Below are positions 24,186-34,890 of a stretch of DNA of 38,131 nucleotides, one piece after another (the stretch's first letter is position 1; every line of letters begins with the position of its first letter). Under the pieces are notes generated by a model, which was not told the DNA's origin, made no database searches, and saw nothing but the letters and a program-made list of their open reading frames with translations. The DNA is from Octopus bimaculoides (Eukaryota), in assembly GCF_001194135.2 (NCBI RefSeq), contig NC_068982.1, forward strand, positions 32,285,004 to 32,323,134, read 5' to 3'. The translations under genes were made by a program, and so were the position numbers.

Positions 24186-24398
24186 CTTTTCTACTCTAGG
24201 TACAAGGCCCGAAATTTTGGGGGAGAAGTCCAGTCGATTAGATCGACGGTAGTATGCAACTGGCACTTAATTCATCGATCCCCGAAAGGATGAAAGGCAA
24301 AGTCGAGCTCGGCGGAATTTGAACTCAGAACGTAATGACAGACGAAACACCGTCAAGCATTTCGCCCGGCGTGCTAACGTTTCTGCCAGCTCGCCGCC
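24186..24398 (-). mobile_element. SINE family B, young full-length copy with perfect 19-bp flanking direct repeat
   Basis: ttaaaagacggaaaatatt at 24167-24185 and 24399-24417 (first bases may overlap the SINE head). Confidence 0.95.
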
Positions 24399-24440
24399 TT
24401 AAAAGACGGAAAATATTGTGAAATTTACTATTTACAAACA

Positions 24441-24590
24441 CAATTGCAGCGTGGAAGGTGTTTATAAGCCATTTAAAATAACACACAAAATCCGTTAGAT
24501 TCACTTCAACATTTAAATTTAATTTGTCAAAATATTTTCGTCGCTTTGAGACCGCGACCTGTTCACTGACAAAATTCTGTGCTGCATCTC
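24441..24590 (-). mobile_element. 150-bp hammerhead-bearing insertion (Penelope-like/retrozyme-like) with 10-bp TSD
   Basis: tttacaaaca at 24431-24440 and 24591-24600; contains the ribozyme motif below. Confidence 0.7.
24523..24573 (-). ncRNA. Predicted minimal type I hammerhead ribozyme, G3-C8 core variant
   Basis: Minus: UUUGUCA (stem I) GUGAACA G GUCGC ggucucaaa GCGAC GAAA AUAUUU UGACAAA; 7-bp stem I, 5-bp stem II, palindromic AAUAUU stem III, UUU cleavage triplet. Confidence 0.7.
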
Positions 24591-24709
24591 TTTACAAACA
24601 GCTATTATGAAACACTTCGTCCGGTAACTATTTAAGGATTTGTTCTCAGGGATAGTTCGGTTAAGTTCGAATTTCTAGCGAAAGGTGCAATGCCGTCAAC
24701 CCGTCTCTT

Positions 24710-24753
<44 letters not shown>

Positions 24754-24784
24754 TCTCTCACTCATGTGCACACGCACATATACA

Positions 24785-24884
24785 TGCGAGGGGGTACTGG
24801 AAAGTTCTTGGCTGCAAGGATGTCGCGATAGGCTTGGTTGGAGGCCCAACCTTCCGTGTTCTTTTATAGGGCTTAGCTAAAAAG
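24785..24884 (-). mobile_element. Mariner-derived MITE, copy 3 (partial)
   Basis: cgagggggtactggaaagttcttggct then ttggttggaggcccaaccttccg. Confidence 0.8.
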
Positions 24885-25582
24885 AAGGAAAATATTTTTA
24901 GAGGAGAAGGGCAACGCATATTTGTAAGGAGCGTGAATTAGTGTGCGTGCAAGTCGAGGTTCTTAGGGTGTTTCAGTTTGTTCAGCAACTACTTCGACCG
25001 GATAACGCGATTCTTTCGGACCTTATCGGACAACAACTGCCTTCTTCTCAAAACATAAAATCTGTGCCACATGTTCTCGTGCACCACACGTTTTATCATT
25101 GACTCCGACGCAGGCAAATAATTGATAATGGCTCACATTGACTTGCCGAGATTCTCGTTGATGGTTATCTGGACTTGATGGACAATATTTCATATACGTG
25201 AAGGAGAAAAAAATGTCTTTATTAACCGCTAAGAACTTACAAATAGATGGAAGATGGTAGAGGCGATTCAATTCAATACAATGTGGGGTTACATAAAAGA
25301 GTGAAAGCAGTAAAATTACAGAAACAAACACAAGTTCAAAGAAAAATAATTTCCCAAAGGAAAGGAGATTTACCAAGGCTGATCGTGTAAAGTCCACAAA
25401 AACACGGTCAACCTGACCACTAGGAGAATGCCCTCTCCCTATCTTCCTCACTCAATCAATATGCGTATGCTCAGAGCAGGCCCATTTATCCAAACCATCC
25501 TTGCCACTCCCATCCACCTTTCAAAAATTTTCTGGAAAGCAGCACGTCCCTTTCCATATTGGCTCACAGAACTGGAAATTTT

Positions 25583-25980
25583 CTCTCTACTCTTTTACTT
25601 GTTTCAGTCATTTGACTGCGGCCATGCTGGAGCACCGCCTTTAGTCGAGCAAATCGACCCCAGGACTTATTCTTTGTAAGCCTAGTACTTATTCTATCGG
25701 TCATTTTTGCCGAACCGCTAAGTTACGGGGTCGTAAACACACCGGCATCGGTTGTCAAGCGACGTTGGGGGACAGACACATAAACATATACACACACACA
25801 TACATATATATATATATACACATATATACGACGGGCTTCTTTCAGTTTCCGTCTACCAAATCCACTCACAAGACTTTGGTCGGCCCGAGGCTATAGTAGA
25901 AGACACTTGCACAAGGTGCCACGCAGTGGGACTGAACCCGGAACCATGTGGTTGGTAAGCAAGCTACTTACCACACAGCC
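25583..25980 (-). mobile_element. SINE family A, full length (~400 bp)
   Basis: Minus: ggctgtgtggtaagtagcttgc tRNA-like head, gggttcagtccc B box, CORE-like gcaccttgtgcaagtgtcttc, internal microsatellite, aaaagagt tail. Confidence 0.95.
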
Positions 25981-26039
25981 GGGAGGTATTTGACAAGAGG
26001 CTTCCAAACAAGATTGACACTTAAAAGTAAAGCTTGGAG

Positions 26040-26345
26040 GGAAGACCATCCAAATCAGGCGACTTGACTCCCGTGCAGCCAATCACCGCTCCCCATACTT
26101 CCGCGGTTGTTATGGACTTTTCTTTATACTTCTCTTGCCGAAAATCTAAGTAGGCTGTCAAGATAGGCACTGAAATCCACTATGTTTCAGCTTGTTATTC
26201 ATGCTGAACAGCTGACCGAAGTGCGACTGAAAAGCTGAACACATTTCTTGAACGTCAAGTAACGTGTGCCGATTATGGTCCGAATTGTGGATTTGTTACC
26301 ACATTGCACCGCTACCACCAGAGCACATCCAACGGCTTTTGTTGT
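26040..26345 (+). pseudogene. Possible decayed LTR-retrotransposon integrase core relic
   Basis: QPITAPHTSAVVMDF, TCADYGPN and a frameshifted YH..SNG occur in the order expected for LQPI..P....MDF / SDNGP / PYHPQSNG. Confidence 0.35.
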
Positions 26346-26847
26346 CTCGTGTCACAGAGCACATGCATTAGCTGTCACTATGCAACATGATAACAATGAT
26401 AGGTTCTGCAGTCCCATAAGAATTTAATTCTACGAAATAGTCGCTGACATTACAATTGCACTATTGGAACTACTGTTATTTCAAACAACTACAAAGAGAC
26501 ACTTCGTACGGTAACTATTAAGGATTTGTTCTCAGGGATAGTTCAGTTAAGTTCGAATTTCTAGCAATAAGAGCAGTGACCCACCACCACCAACCCACCC
26601 TCTCTCTTTCTCTCTCTCTTTCCCTCTCTCGTTCTCATGTGCACACATTATACACACACACACACACACACACACAGGCATATATNNNNNNNNNNNNNNN
26701 NNNNNNNNNNNNNNNNNNNNNNNNNNNNNNNNNNNNNNNNNNNNNNNNNNNNNNNNNNNNNNNNNNNNNNNNNNNNNNNNNNNNNNNNNNNNNNNNNNNN
26801 NNNNNNNNNNNNNNNNNNNNNNATATATATATATATATATATATATA

Positions 26848-27004
26848 TACGAGGGGGTGCTTGGTTGGAGGCCCAAAGGACTGCTACAATAAGTGTGTGA
26901 ATCGGAGAGGGAAATATGTTGAATAAAATCATAATTAACTGATCCACCTATATTTTCTTTCACTGATCTACCTATATTTTCTTTTCAGCACCCCCTCATG
27001 CGTA
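26848..27004 (-). mobile_element. Mariner-derived MITE, copy 4 (internal deletions, 23-bp internal duplication)
   Basis: TAcgagggggtgct...ttttcagcaccccctc termini; encodes KCVNRRGKYVE* on the + strand. Confidence 0.85.
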
Positions 27005-27016
27005 TATTATTATATC

Positions 27017-27170
27017 CACTAGCGTAGCTAGAGTGTGTCCCGCCCGGGGCGGCCCCTTCTGTTTGTCGGCCCCGGACCTCACAAGAAAAAACACATATTG
27101 CCCACAGCAGGCCCAAAAGTACCGCCCGGAGCGGAGCGCCCCTACCGCCCTGCCCCCAGCTGCGCTAGTG
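27017..27170. mobile_element. GC-rich 154-bp MITE, probably hAT
   Basis: TIR cactagcgtagct / agctgcgctagtg; flanks attatatc / actgtatc (6/8 match, both differences transitions). Confidence 0.75.
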
Positions 27171-27294
27171 ACTGTATCGACCAGATTATCGAATGTTCTT
27201 TTACACAGCTAGTCACAATGCGTTACTATGCATTGTTGTAGCTTTCGAATGATGCCACCTCGCAGATTTCGCGGGCGGGGCAACATTCTCCTTG

Positions 27295-27452
27295 AATGAA
27301 ATGCCAGTCCACTGTAAGCTCACCCATTTACAGCTGAAATGGCTGGAGCAACGTGAAAAGAAGTGTTTTGCTGAAGAGCACAACACACCACCGATCTAGG
27401 GATAGAAACCACTATCTTTGCGACCGTGAGTGTAACATCCAAACCATTCGCT
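27295..27452 (-). mobile_element. SINE family C-like 5' part
   Basis: Minus gtgttgtgctcttcagcaaaacacttcttttcacgttgctccag matches the family C body. Confidence 0.7.
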
Positions 27453-27914
27453 TTCACATGTTCATGCACACACACACACATGTGTGTGTGTGTATATGCA
27501 TAGCCGTATCGGATAGATAGATAGATAGATAGATAGATAGACTCACAGCAAGACAGGAAGATTGCTGCAAAAAATATATTTTTCAATATGTGTGTGTGTA
27601 ACAATAAATATTCTAGGTCCATCAATATTTCAAGATATATTCCGACTTTATCATCCGGATGAAACACCTCTATTTACGATTTATGTTGCTTATTTTATTA
27701 TTTACGAGAATCCTGCTGTTGAGTTTGTTTCTCATTCAATATAGACGAACTTGAAATTTTCTGATTGTTGATGTCATTAATGTTCAGTTATGAGGAAATG
27801 AGCTGGCTGTAGTATCTATTTGTTGTTAAGCTCCAAGGACAGTTCTGATAGAAAAACCTATAGTCAAAGGTGTTTCCGCCGTGAGTATTCCATTTTTATT
27901 TACATTAATAGAAT

Positions 27915-28990
27915 CGACAGAGTACTCGACAAAAATATCTTGCGGTATTTAATAACAGCACCTAACGCTTTAAGTTCAAATACCGATGAAGTTGACATTG
28001 CTTTTCATTTTTTCGGATATGATAAAATGACTAGCAGCCAAGTTCTGAAGCTGAAGGCGTGTACTAAACCCCCTCCCCTCAGCTCAAAAACTGCCAGGCT
28101 TGTTTCTAAATTAGAAACCATGGTGCCCAGCTGGCAGGATCGTCAGAATATCGGGAAAAAAAATGCTTTGCGATATTTGTTGCAGATCTTTACATTCTAA
28201 GTTCAAATCCTGCTAATATTAAGTTATACCTTTTTTTATACTTTCGAGTGTCTGTACAATCGAATATCAGTTTACGTTTTGAGATCAATCATTTACTGGG
28301 GTTGCTGGTATCCATGGTACTGGGATTGATACAAACAAAAACCCACCTCAAAATTGCTACCCTTGTACCTAAATTAGAAACCATCATTATTACAGGCGGC
28401 AAGCTGGGAAAGGCGGTGAGCTGGCAGAAACGTTAGCACGCCGGGCGAAATGCTTTGCGGTATTTCGTTTGCCATTACGTTCTGAGTTCAAATTCTGCCG
28501 AGGTCGACTTTGCTTTTCATCCTTTCGGAGTCGATAAATTAAGCACCAGTTACGCAATGGGGTCGATGTAATCGACTTAATCCCTTTGTCTATCCCTGTT
28601 TGTCCCCTCTATGTTTAGCCCCTTGTGAGCAATAAAGAAATAAGAAACCATCATTATTACAGAATTGAAAGGCGGCGAGCTGGCAGAATCGTTAGCACGA
28701 TGGACAAAATGCTTAGCGGCATCTCTTCCGTCTTTACGTTCTGAGTTCAAATTCCATCAAGGTCGACGTTGCCTTTTATCCATTCAGGGTCGATTAAATA
28801 TATACCTGTAAAGCACTGCGGTCAATGTAATCGACTAGCCCATTTCCCAAAAATTTCAGACCAGGTGCCTATTGTAGAAAGGATTAATTATTATTGCAGA
28901 ATTGTAAGACGACGAGCTGGCAGAACGGTTGGAAGGCTAGACAAAATGCTTACAACACTTCGTCCATCTTTATATCTTGAGTTCCGAGGA
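27915..28990 (+). mobile_element. Head-to-tail cluster of ~5 SINE family B copies of different ages
   Basis: Copies at ~27915-28120, 28121-28385, 28415-28645, 28668-28890, 28905-28990; agaaaccatcattattacag repeated either side of the youngest copy. Confidence 0.85.
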
Positions 28991-29049
28991 ACAGGTGGAT
29001 GGATGGATCGATCGATCAGCAATTTGAGAACAAAATTTTAACTTAAGGA

Positions 29050-29215
29050 AAACAAAAATATATATAAGAAAAACCATTATATATTTTTAGAATTTGGTAC
29101 ACATATTCTGACACATGTATAGAAAAAAGCTATTCAGTAAAACCACCATTAGCCTCGATTACTGCCTCGATACGGCTTCTGAAACGACTAAATTTGTTGA
29201 TCAGGTGATCTTTAT
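29050..29215 (-). mobile_element. Tc1/mariner-superfamily 3' fragment
   Basis: Minus strand encodes LINKFSRFRSRIEAVIEANGGFTE* (stop at 29130-29132), a typical Tc1/maT-like transposase C-terminus. Confidence 0.75.
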
Positions 29216-29522
29216 TTATATTTACCATATTTATTGACCAATTTTATTTAATTTGCTTTGGAGGAAGGACTGTTTTAACGAAGTCGCGTCTTGTTCTTAC
29301 CTTCGAAGCACGGAGTAGATAAAACAGGGGACAACTGATGAAGGAATGCTCTTTATGTTGCATGTCTCGTTTCTCTGTTTGTTTGTTTTGTTTTTTTCGG
29401 TGTTCGAAAAAAAAAATTCGTTTTCAATGTTTTTGTTTGTTATGTTCTCGTTTTTTTTATGTCCTGTACCCATATATGCATTTATTCATATATACATATA
29501 TATGTAGGTATGTACATATATG

Positions 29523-29577
<55 letters not shown>

Positions 29578-29988
29578 NNNNNNNNNNNNNNNNNNNNNNN
29601 NNNNNNNNNNNNNNNNNNNNNNNNNNNNNNNNNNNNNNNNNNNNNNNNNNNNNNNNNNNNNNNNNNNNNNNNNNNNNNNNNNNNNNNNNNNNNNNNNNNN
29701 NNNNNNNNNNNNNNNNNNNNNNNNNNNNNNNNNNNNNNNNNNNNNNNNNNNNNNNNNNNNNNNNNNNNNNNNNNNNNNNNNNNNNNNNNNNNNNNNNNNN
29801 NNNNNNNNNNNNNNNNNNNNNNNNNNNNNNNNNNNNNNNNNNNNNNNNNNNNNNNNNNNNNNNNNNNNNNNNNNNNNNNNNNNNNNNNNNNNNNNNNNNN
29901 NNNNNNNNNNNNNNNNNNNNNNNNNNNNNNNNNNNNNNNNNNNNNNNNNNNNNNNNNNNNNNNNNNNNNNNNNNNNNNNNNNNNNNNN

Positions 29989-30039
<51 letters not shown>

Positions 30040-30439
30040 GTGTGTGTGTATGTGTGTCATTATATCTGTGATATATTCCTTTTTACGTAATATTATTATA
30101 TAGTCTCATGATAGCTAAATTACCATATGGCTTCCTACAAAAAAAATAAATAAATAAGTAAGGAGAGTCAAATCCAGCGATCGTCAGAAATTACTGACTG
30201 GAATAGCTTAATGTATAATATATATATATTACGATAAGATACCCACTCGAACGTATTTTTACATGGATATATATATGTATATACTTACTTGGAAATGGAT
30301 GCGTGGCGTTCAATCAAATAATAATATAAATAATATATGTATATGTACACACATGCACATATATTCAACTCAACTCAACTCGCATATATACATATATGTA
30401 TGTGTCTACATATGCATATATATATATTATTATTATATA

Positions 30440-31561
30440 TGTAGCTGTTTAAAGAAAACTTCAGAAGTAATTAGTGGCGACTTCTCTTAAAAGTGGGGGA
30501 AATTTTGCATTGTGGTCTTATTATGTACCTGCAGAGAAAGGGTCTACCCACCTTCAAGGACATTCATGCTGACAGGGTTGCTATGTTAGGAGTAACCCTC
30601 CAGCTTTATCAACAGTGCAAATGTGGACAACTGTATTTAGGAGGGAAAGGAAGACACCTGAAGATGGCTCACTGTCTACATCCGCCACCACCGAAGAAAA
30701 CATTGGGATGACAGGCGATTGACTATAAATCAAATGGCCAATGCTAATAGCATATCATGTGAGACTTGAAATTATTCTGTACAATGAACTTGACATGACG
30801 AAGGTTTCTTCTGCATGCCACGTCTTCTGACACTTGGTCAGAAGCGCACCAGCTTGATCATATGTCGGGAACATCTGATAATGTTCGAAGCAGATCCAGC
30901 TGGCTTTCTGAACGTTTCTTAACCCAAGATAGGTTCATCACTTTGAGCCAGAGACAAAGACAATCAATTCAGTGGAAACTTTCCTATTTACCAGCTCCAA
31001 AAAGGCCAAGATCGTTTCATCTGTAACGAAGGCGATGATCTCAAATTTGTGGGGATACAAATGAATTGTGTTCATTGACTATCTTCAGAAGGGCCACATC
31101 CTTAACGGAGAGTACTCTACCAACTTGCTGAGATAGCTACGAAAGGTTATCAAGGCCAAACACCCTGGAAAACTAAAGGAAAGGGCTCTTGCTTCATCAG
31201 GACAATGCTCCAAAACACAAGTCTGTGGTTTCAATGGCTGCTGTGTGTGACACTGGCTTTGTGCTGGTTGATCACTGTCCCTATCTCCTGATTCGTCCCC
31301 GTCTGACTATCATTTGTTCCCCAACATGGAAAACACTTGGCTGGGAACCTGTATAGCAGTGATGATGACGTCATATCTGCTGCTGATAACTTTTTGACCC
31401 ACAGGATGAAAGCTTCTACACTGATGGGATACAAGCCCTGCAATACCGATGGAAGAAGTGTGTGGACCGTAAAGGACACTATGTCGAAATATAAACCTTA
31501 TTTGGTTTCATTCCAAGAGAATATCTTAGTCACCTTATGAGCTTTTCAACCGACCCTCGTA
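30440..31561 (+). mobile_element. Near full-length decayed mariner (DD34D-type transposase pseudogene 30493-31494) with 3' TIR
   Basis: Relic motifs PRLLT, TQD..HHFEPET, HQDNAPKH, PY.PD.SPSDYHLFP, QALQYRWKKCVDRKGHYVE; multiple frameshifts and stops; ends cttttcaaccgaccctcgTA. Confidence 0.95.
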
Positions 31562-32039
31562 TGAGCACTGCATAAAGGTTAAGATACAGAAAAACGTAAA
31601 GCAAAATTATGAACATGTACCTGTAGTAATCACATGATTTTTGCATTGCTCTTAATAAAGCCACGGGATTTTATGTCCAAACAATAAATGATCCCGATAG
31701 TCTTGACACTTATTGACGCTTGGCTACACATTTCTTGTCCACGGAGAAAATAGTAGCTTAAATATATTTATAATATATCTTGATACAAACATCGGATATG
31801 TGACCTAATTTCATAAGAGTGCTGTTACTGGCTAGGGAAATTAATTAATCGAAGTGTCATGCGGTAGTTAAAATAGGTAGGAATTTGAGGTAAACTTATG
31901 AGCGTGTGTTTCTGGTAAATACATAACGATGGCTTCATTTTTGCGAAAACTAAATACCATGTTCACACTACCTTTTTATTCTCTATGTAACCACTACTAA
32001 AACCGTTTACCCAAAGCGCTCATGTAAATATGCATACAT

Positions 32040-32058
32040 GTATATGTGTGTGTACATT

Positions 32059-32152
<94 letters not shown>

Positions 32153-32437
32153 ACACACACACACACATCCCCAGCATGCATACATGCACCTACGTTATGT
32201 ATATTTATTTAAGACTGCAAATAGAAACAAACAATTTCAATTATATCCACAAGTTTATTTCACTGAATAAATTACTTTTAGTTAAGACGAAAATTGTGTT
32301 TGATAGCGTGTTTATTTGTAAGTGGAAATTTGCTGTATAAATACATTTAATTCCTGTGTGTGTGCACATATGTGAATAGATAGAGATACATTTTATACGA
32401 GTGTGTATACACATATGTACATATATACATACCCCCA

Positions 32438-32506
<69 letters not shown>

Positions 32507-32688
32507 TCACCTATAAATATAAGTGTGTGTGTGTGTGTGTATGTGTGTGTGAATGTGTCTGCGTGCGTATGTAAGTGTGCATTTACATACTATCGTATAC
32601 ACACACTCACGCACAGATATATGTATATATGGTTTGTGTGAATGTAGATGCGTGTGTATGTAAGTGTGCATATGCATATTATTGTCTT

Positions 32689-32755
<67 letters not shown>

Positions 32756-32870
32756 GCATGTGTGTGAGAATGCGTATAGAAAAACATACTTCACCTTCCC
32801 ATTTTCTCTATCTTTCTATGTTTACGCGTATATCTATGTATGTGTGTGTATTTATGCGTATATGAAATAG
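32040..32870. repeat. Compound (CA)n/(TA)n/(TG)n microsatellite tracts
   Basis: Direct reading; source of many spurious ORFs. Confidence 0.95.
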
Positions 32871-33549
32871 TATGTGTATGCGTGATAAAAAAAAAAAAAC
32901 TAATAATAACACTTTTCCTAATTTCGACACTACATGTCTTAAGAATGAAAATTTTCTGATTTATCTTTTTCCAAGCAGCAATTTTCTAAGACTTCAGAAT
33001 CCCAGAGAATGTTTGAGATTCTCATTCATTGAAAATAATCCACTTAGCTGTTCCAAGCTTATATTCAGATACCAAAATGTATGTTATTCATATCTCACCG
33101 ATATAACTACTCCCAACTGTTTAGAACGACATCATGAGAGTATTTAATAAAAAGAACCATCGCTACAAAATCCAATCATAACTCATTTCAGACTGTTTTA
33201 AATAAAAACTGTTTTAAAATGCAGCAGCTTTTTTTGTTTGTTTATTTATTTATTTGCAATAATTTAGCCCTGCATTGTCGACACTGGTATTAGTTGCCCT
33301 CATATGTTATAATTTTTGTGTTTATTACATATATTTTTTTACATATTATATATATGTTATCACTGCGACTACTGCCCTGCAACCCAAAGTTAGCGTTTTT
33401 ATATTTATGTCTCAATTGAGCGAGTAGCGTGATGCGGCATAGTGCCACTCGTTTCTATCTTTACGTCATCTCATTAGTCAGGCCCAACCTCTTGACACAT
33501 GACCTCACAACACTTTTCCCTGTCTTTCTAAGAGGGACAAACACGTTCC

Positions 33550-33843
33550 ATTATTATTATTGAGTGAGAGAGCAGTACATGCCATCAAACTGACACTGGG
33601 GTACAAATATACGAAGCCAAATATAAGGTTTGTTTAAGGAATTTGAACGAAACACCCATGTTTCCAGAGGTGAATTATTCAAACCACAAAGAATTCCTTT
33701 CAATATATGGCTATGATGCTCCCCTACTACTTCTGCACGTGATCTGAGAGCCACATATCGTCCGCCGCTTAAGGACATGCTCAAACGGTTAAGGTCAAGC
33801 AACTGACAAGCAAATCTGTGGCATTGAGCAGAATATTTGCTGT
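33550..33843 (-). mobile_element. Interspersed repeat (SINE-like, family F) with (TAA)n tail
   Basis: Recognised as a common octopod repeat (gagtgagagagcagt...gagcagaatatttgctgt); single copy here, so not verifiable within the window. Confidence 0.5.
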
Positions 33844-33847
33844 TGCC

Positions 33848-34143
33848 CGGTGGTTCTCAAAGTGGGCAACATTGTCCCCCTGGAGCGGTGGAAAGTTCCA
33901 AGAAAAGTGGGGTGATGATGAGGTAGCGATTCATGTAGAAGTTGGGGCGATAATAGGGTGACGATTCATGTAAAAGCAACAAAATAATGGGTTCATTAAG
34001 TTAAGTTTTATTTGTGAAATACAGTTGCTTTTTATTTGCTTTAGAAAGAGGTCTGTGTTTTTAGAGGTTAGATGAGGTGGGGCGATAGGAATGTGGCCTA
34101 GGTGTTAATGGGGCAGCAGCCCGAAAAATTTTGGGAACCACTT
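33848..34143. mobile_element. hAT (Charlie-like) MITE
   Basis: Ends cggtggttctcaaa / tttgggaaccactt form an imperfect TIR; TSD not preserved. Confidence 0.6.
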
Positions 34144-34249
34144 TATAAGTCCACTTTTTACACTAAGATAAAACATGTACATGATAACGCTTCCAATCAG
34201 TTAAGATCAGAAGCCATGAAAGCCAATGCCTGGTCCTGCATCCGGGCAT

Positions 34250-34520
34250 GTTTTATTATTATTATTATTGTTGTTGTTCAGTAGTTTTATTTTTATAACG
34301 TGCTTTCACTTCACTACCGAGCGCAGCTCTGTGTGCCTTGGGTATGTGCTGTGGTTTGCTGGGATGCTCTTATGGTTACTGTATTGAAAGTGTTTTGCGT
34401 AGGATGTGTGCAGTGCCCAGTAGTGCAATTTTCTGTGTTATATATATTTGTAAGTCCTGGTGTTTTTGTTATGTATTCGTCTGAATATTTTTTTATTATA
34501 CCTAAGGCACCTACTACTAT
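34250..34520 (-). mobile_element. R4/Dong-clade non-LTR retrotransposon 3' end
   Basis: Minus: IVVGALGIIKKYSDEYITKTPGLTNIYN / QKIALLGTAHILRKTLSIQ* (stop 34376-34378, one frameshift), short 3' UTR, (CAA/TAA)n tail. Confidence 0.85.
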
Positions 34521-34539
34521 TATTATTATTATTATTATT

Positions 34540-34890
34540 AAGGCGGTGAGCAGGCAGAATCGTTCGCATGCCGGGAGAAATTCTTAGCGGTATTTTGTCT
34601 GCTGCTACATTCTGAGTTCAAATTCCGCCGAGGTAGACTTTGCCTTTCATCCTTTCGGGGTCGATAAATTAAGAATCAAGTACTGGGATCGGCGTGATCG
34701 ATTATCCTCCTCCCTTCGAAAATCCAGGCCTTGTGCCTATAGTAAAGATTATTATTATTAGAATTTGCCTTTCATCCTTTCGAGGTCGATAAACTAAGTA
34801 TCAGTGAAACACTGGGGTTGATGTAATCGACTAATCCCCTCCAACCGAATTTCAGGTTTTGTGCCTTTGTTAAAAAACATTATTATTATT
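34540..34890 (+). mobile_element. Two tandem SINE family B copies (full, then 5'-truncated)
   Basis: aaggcggtgagcaggcagaatcg head at 34540; second core ttgcctttcatcctttcgaggtcg at 34765; (ATT)n tails. Confidence 0.9.

Noticed and set aside
29335-29400. CTGATGA core-like motif
   Set aside because: No stem II or GAAA downstream; at most a deleted relic.
32007-32870. HT/YI/CV-repeat ORFs
   Set aside because: Translations of dinucleotide microsatellites.
33440-33480. Minus-strand CUAAUGA...GAAAC hammerhead-like spacing
   Set aside because: G5 is mutated, there is no stem II and no NUH triplet in register.
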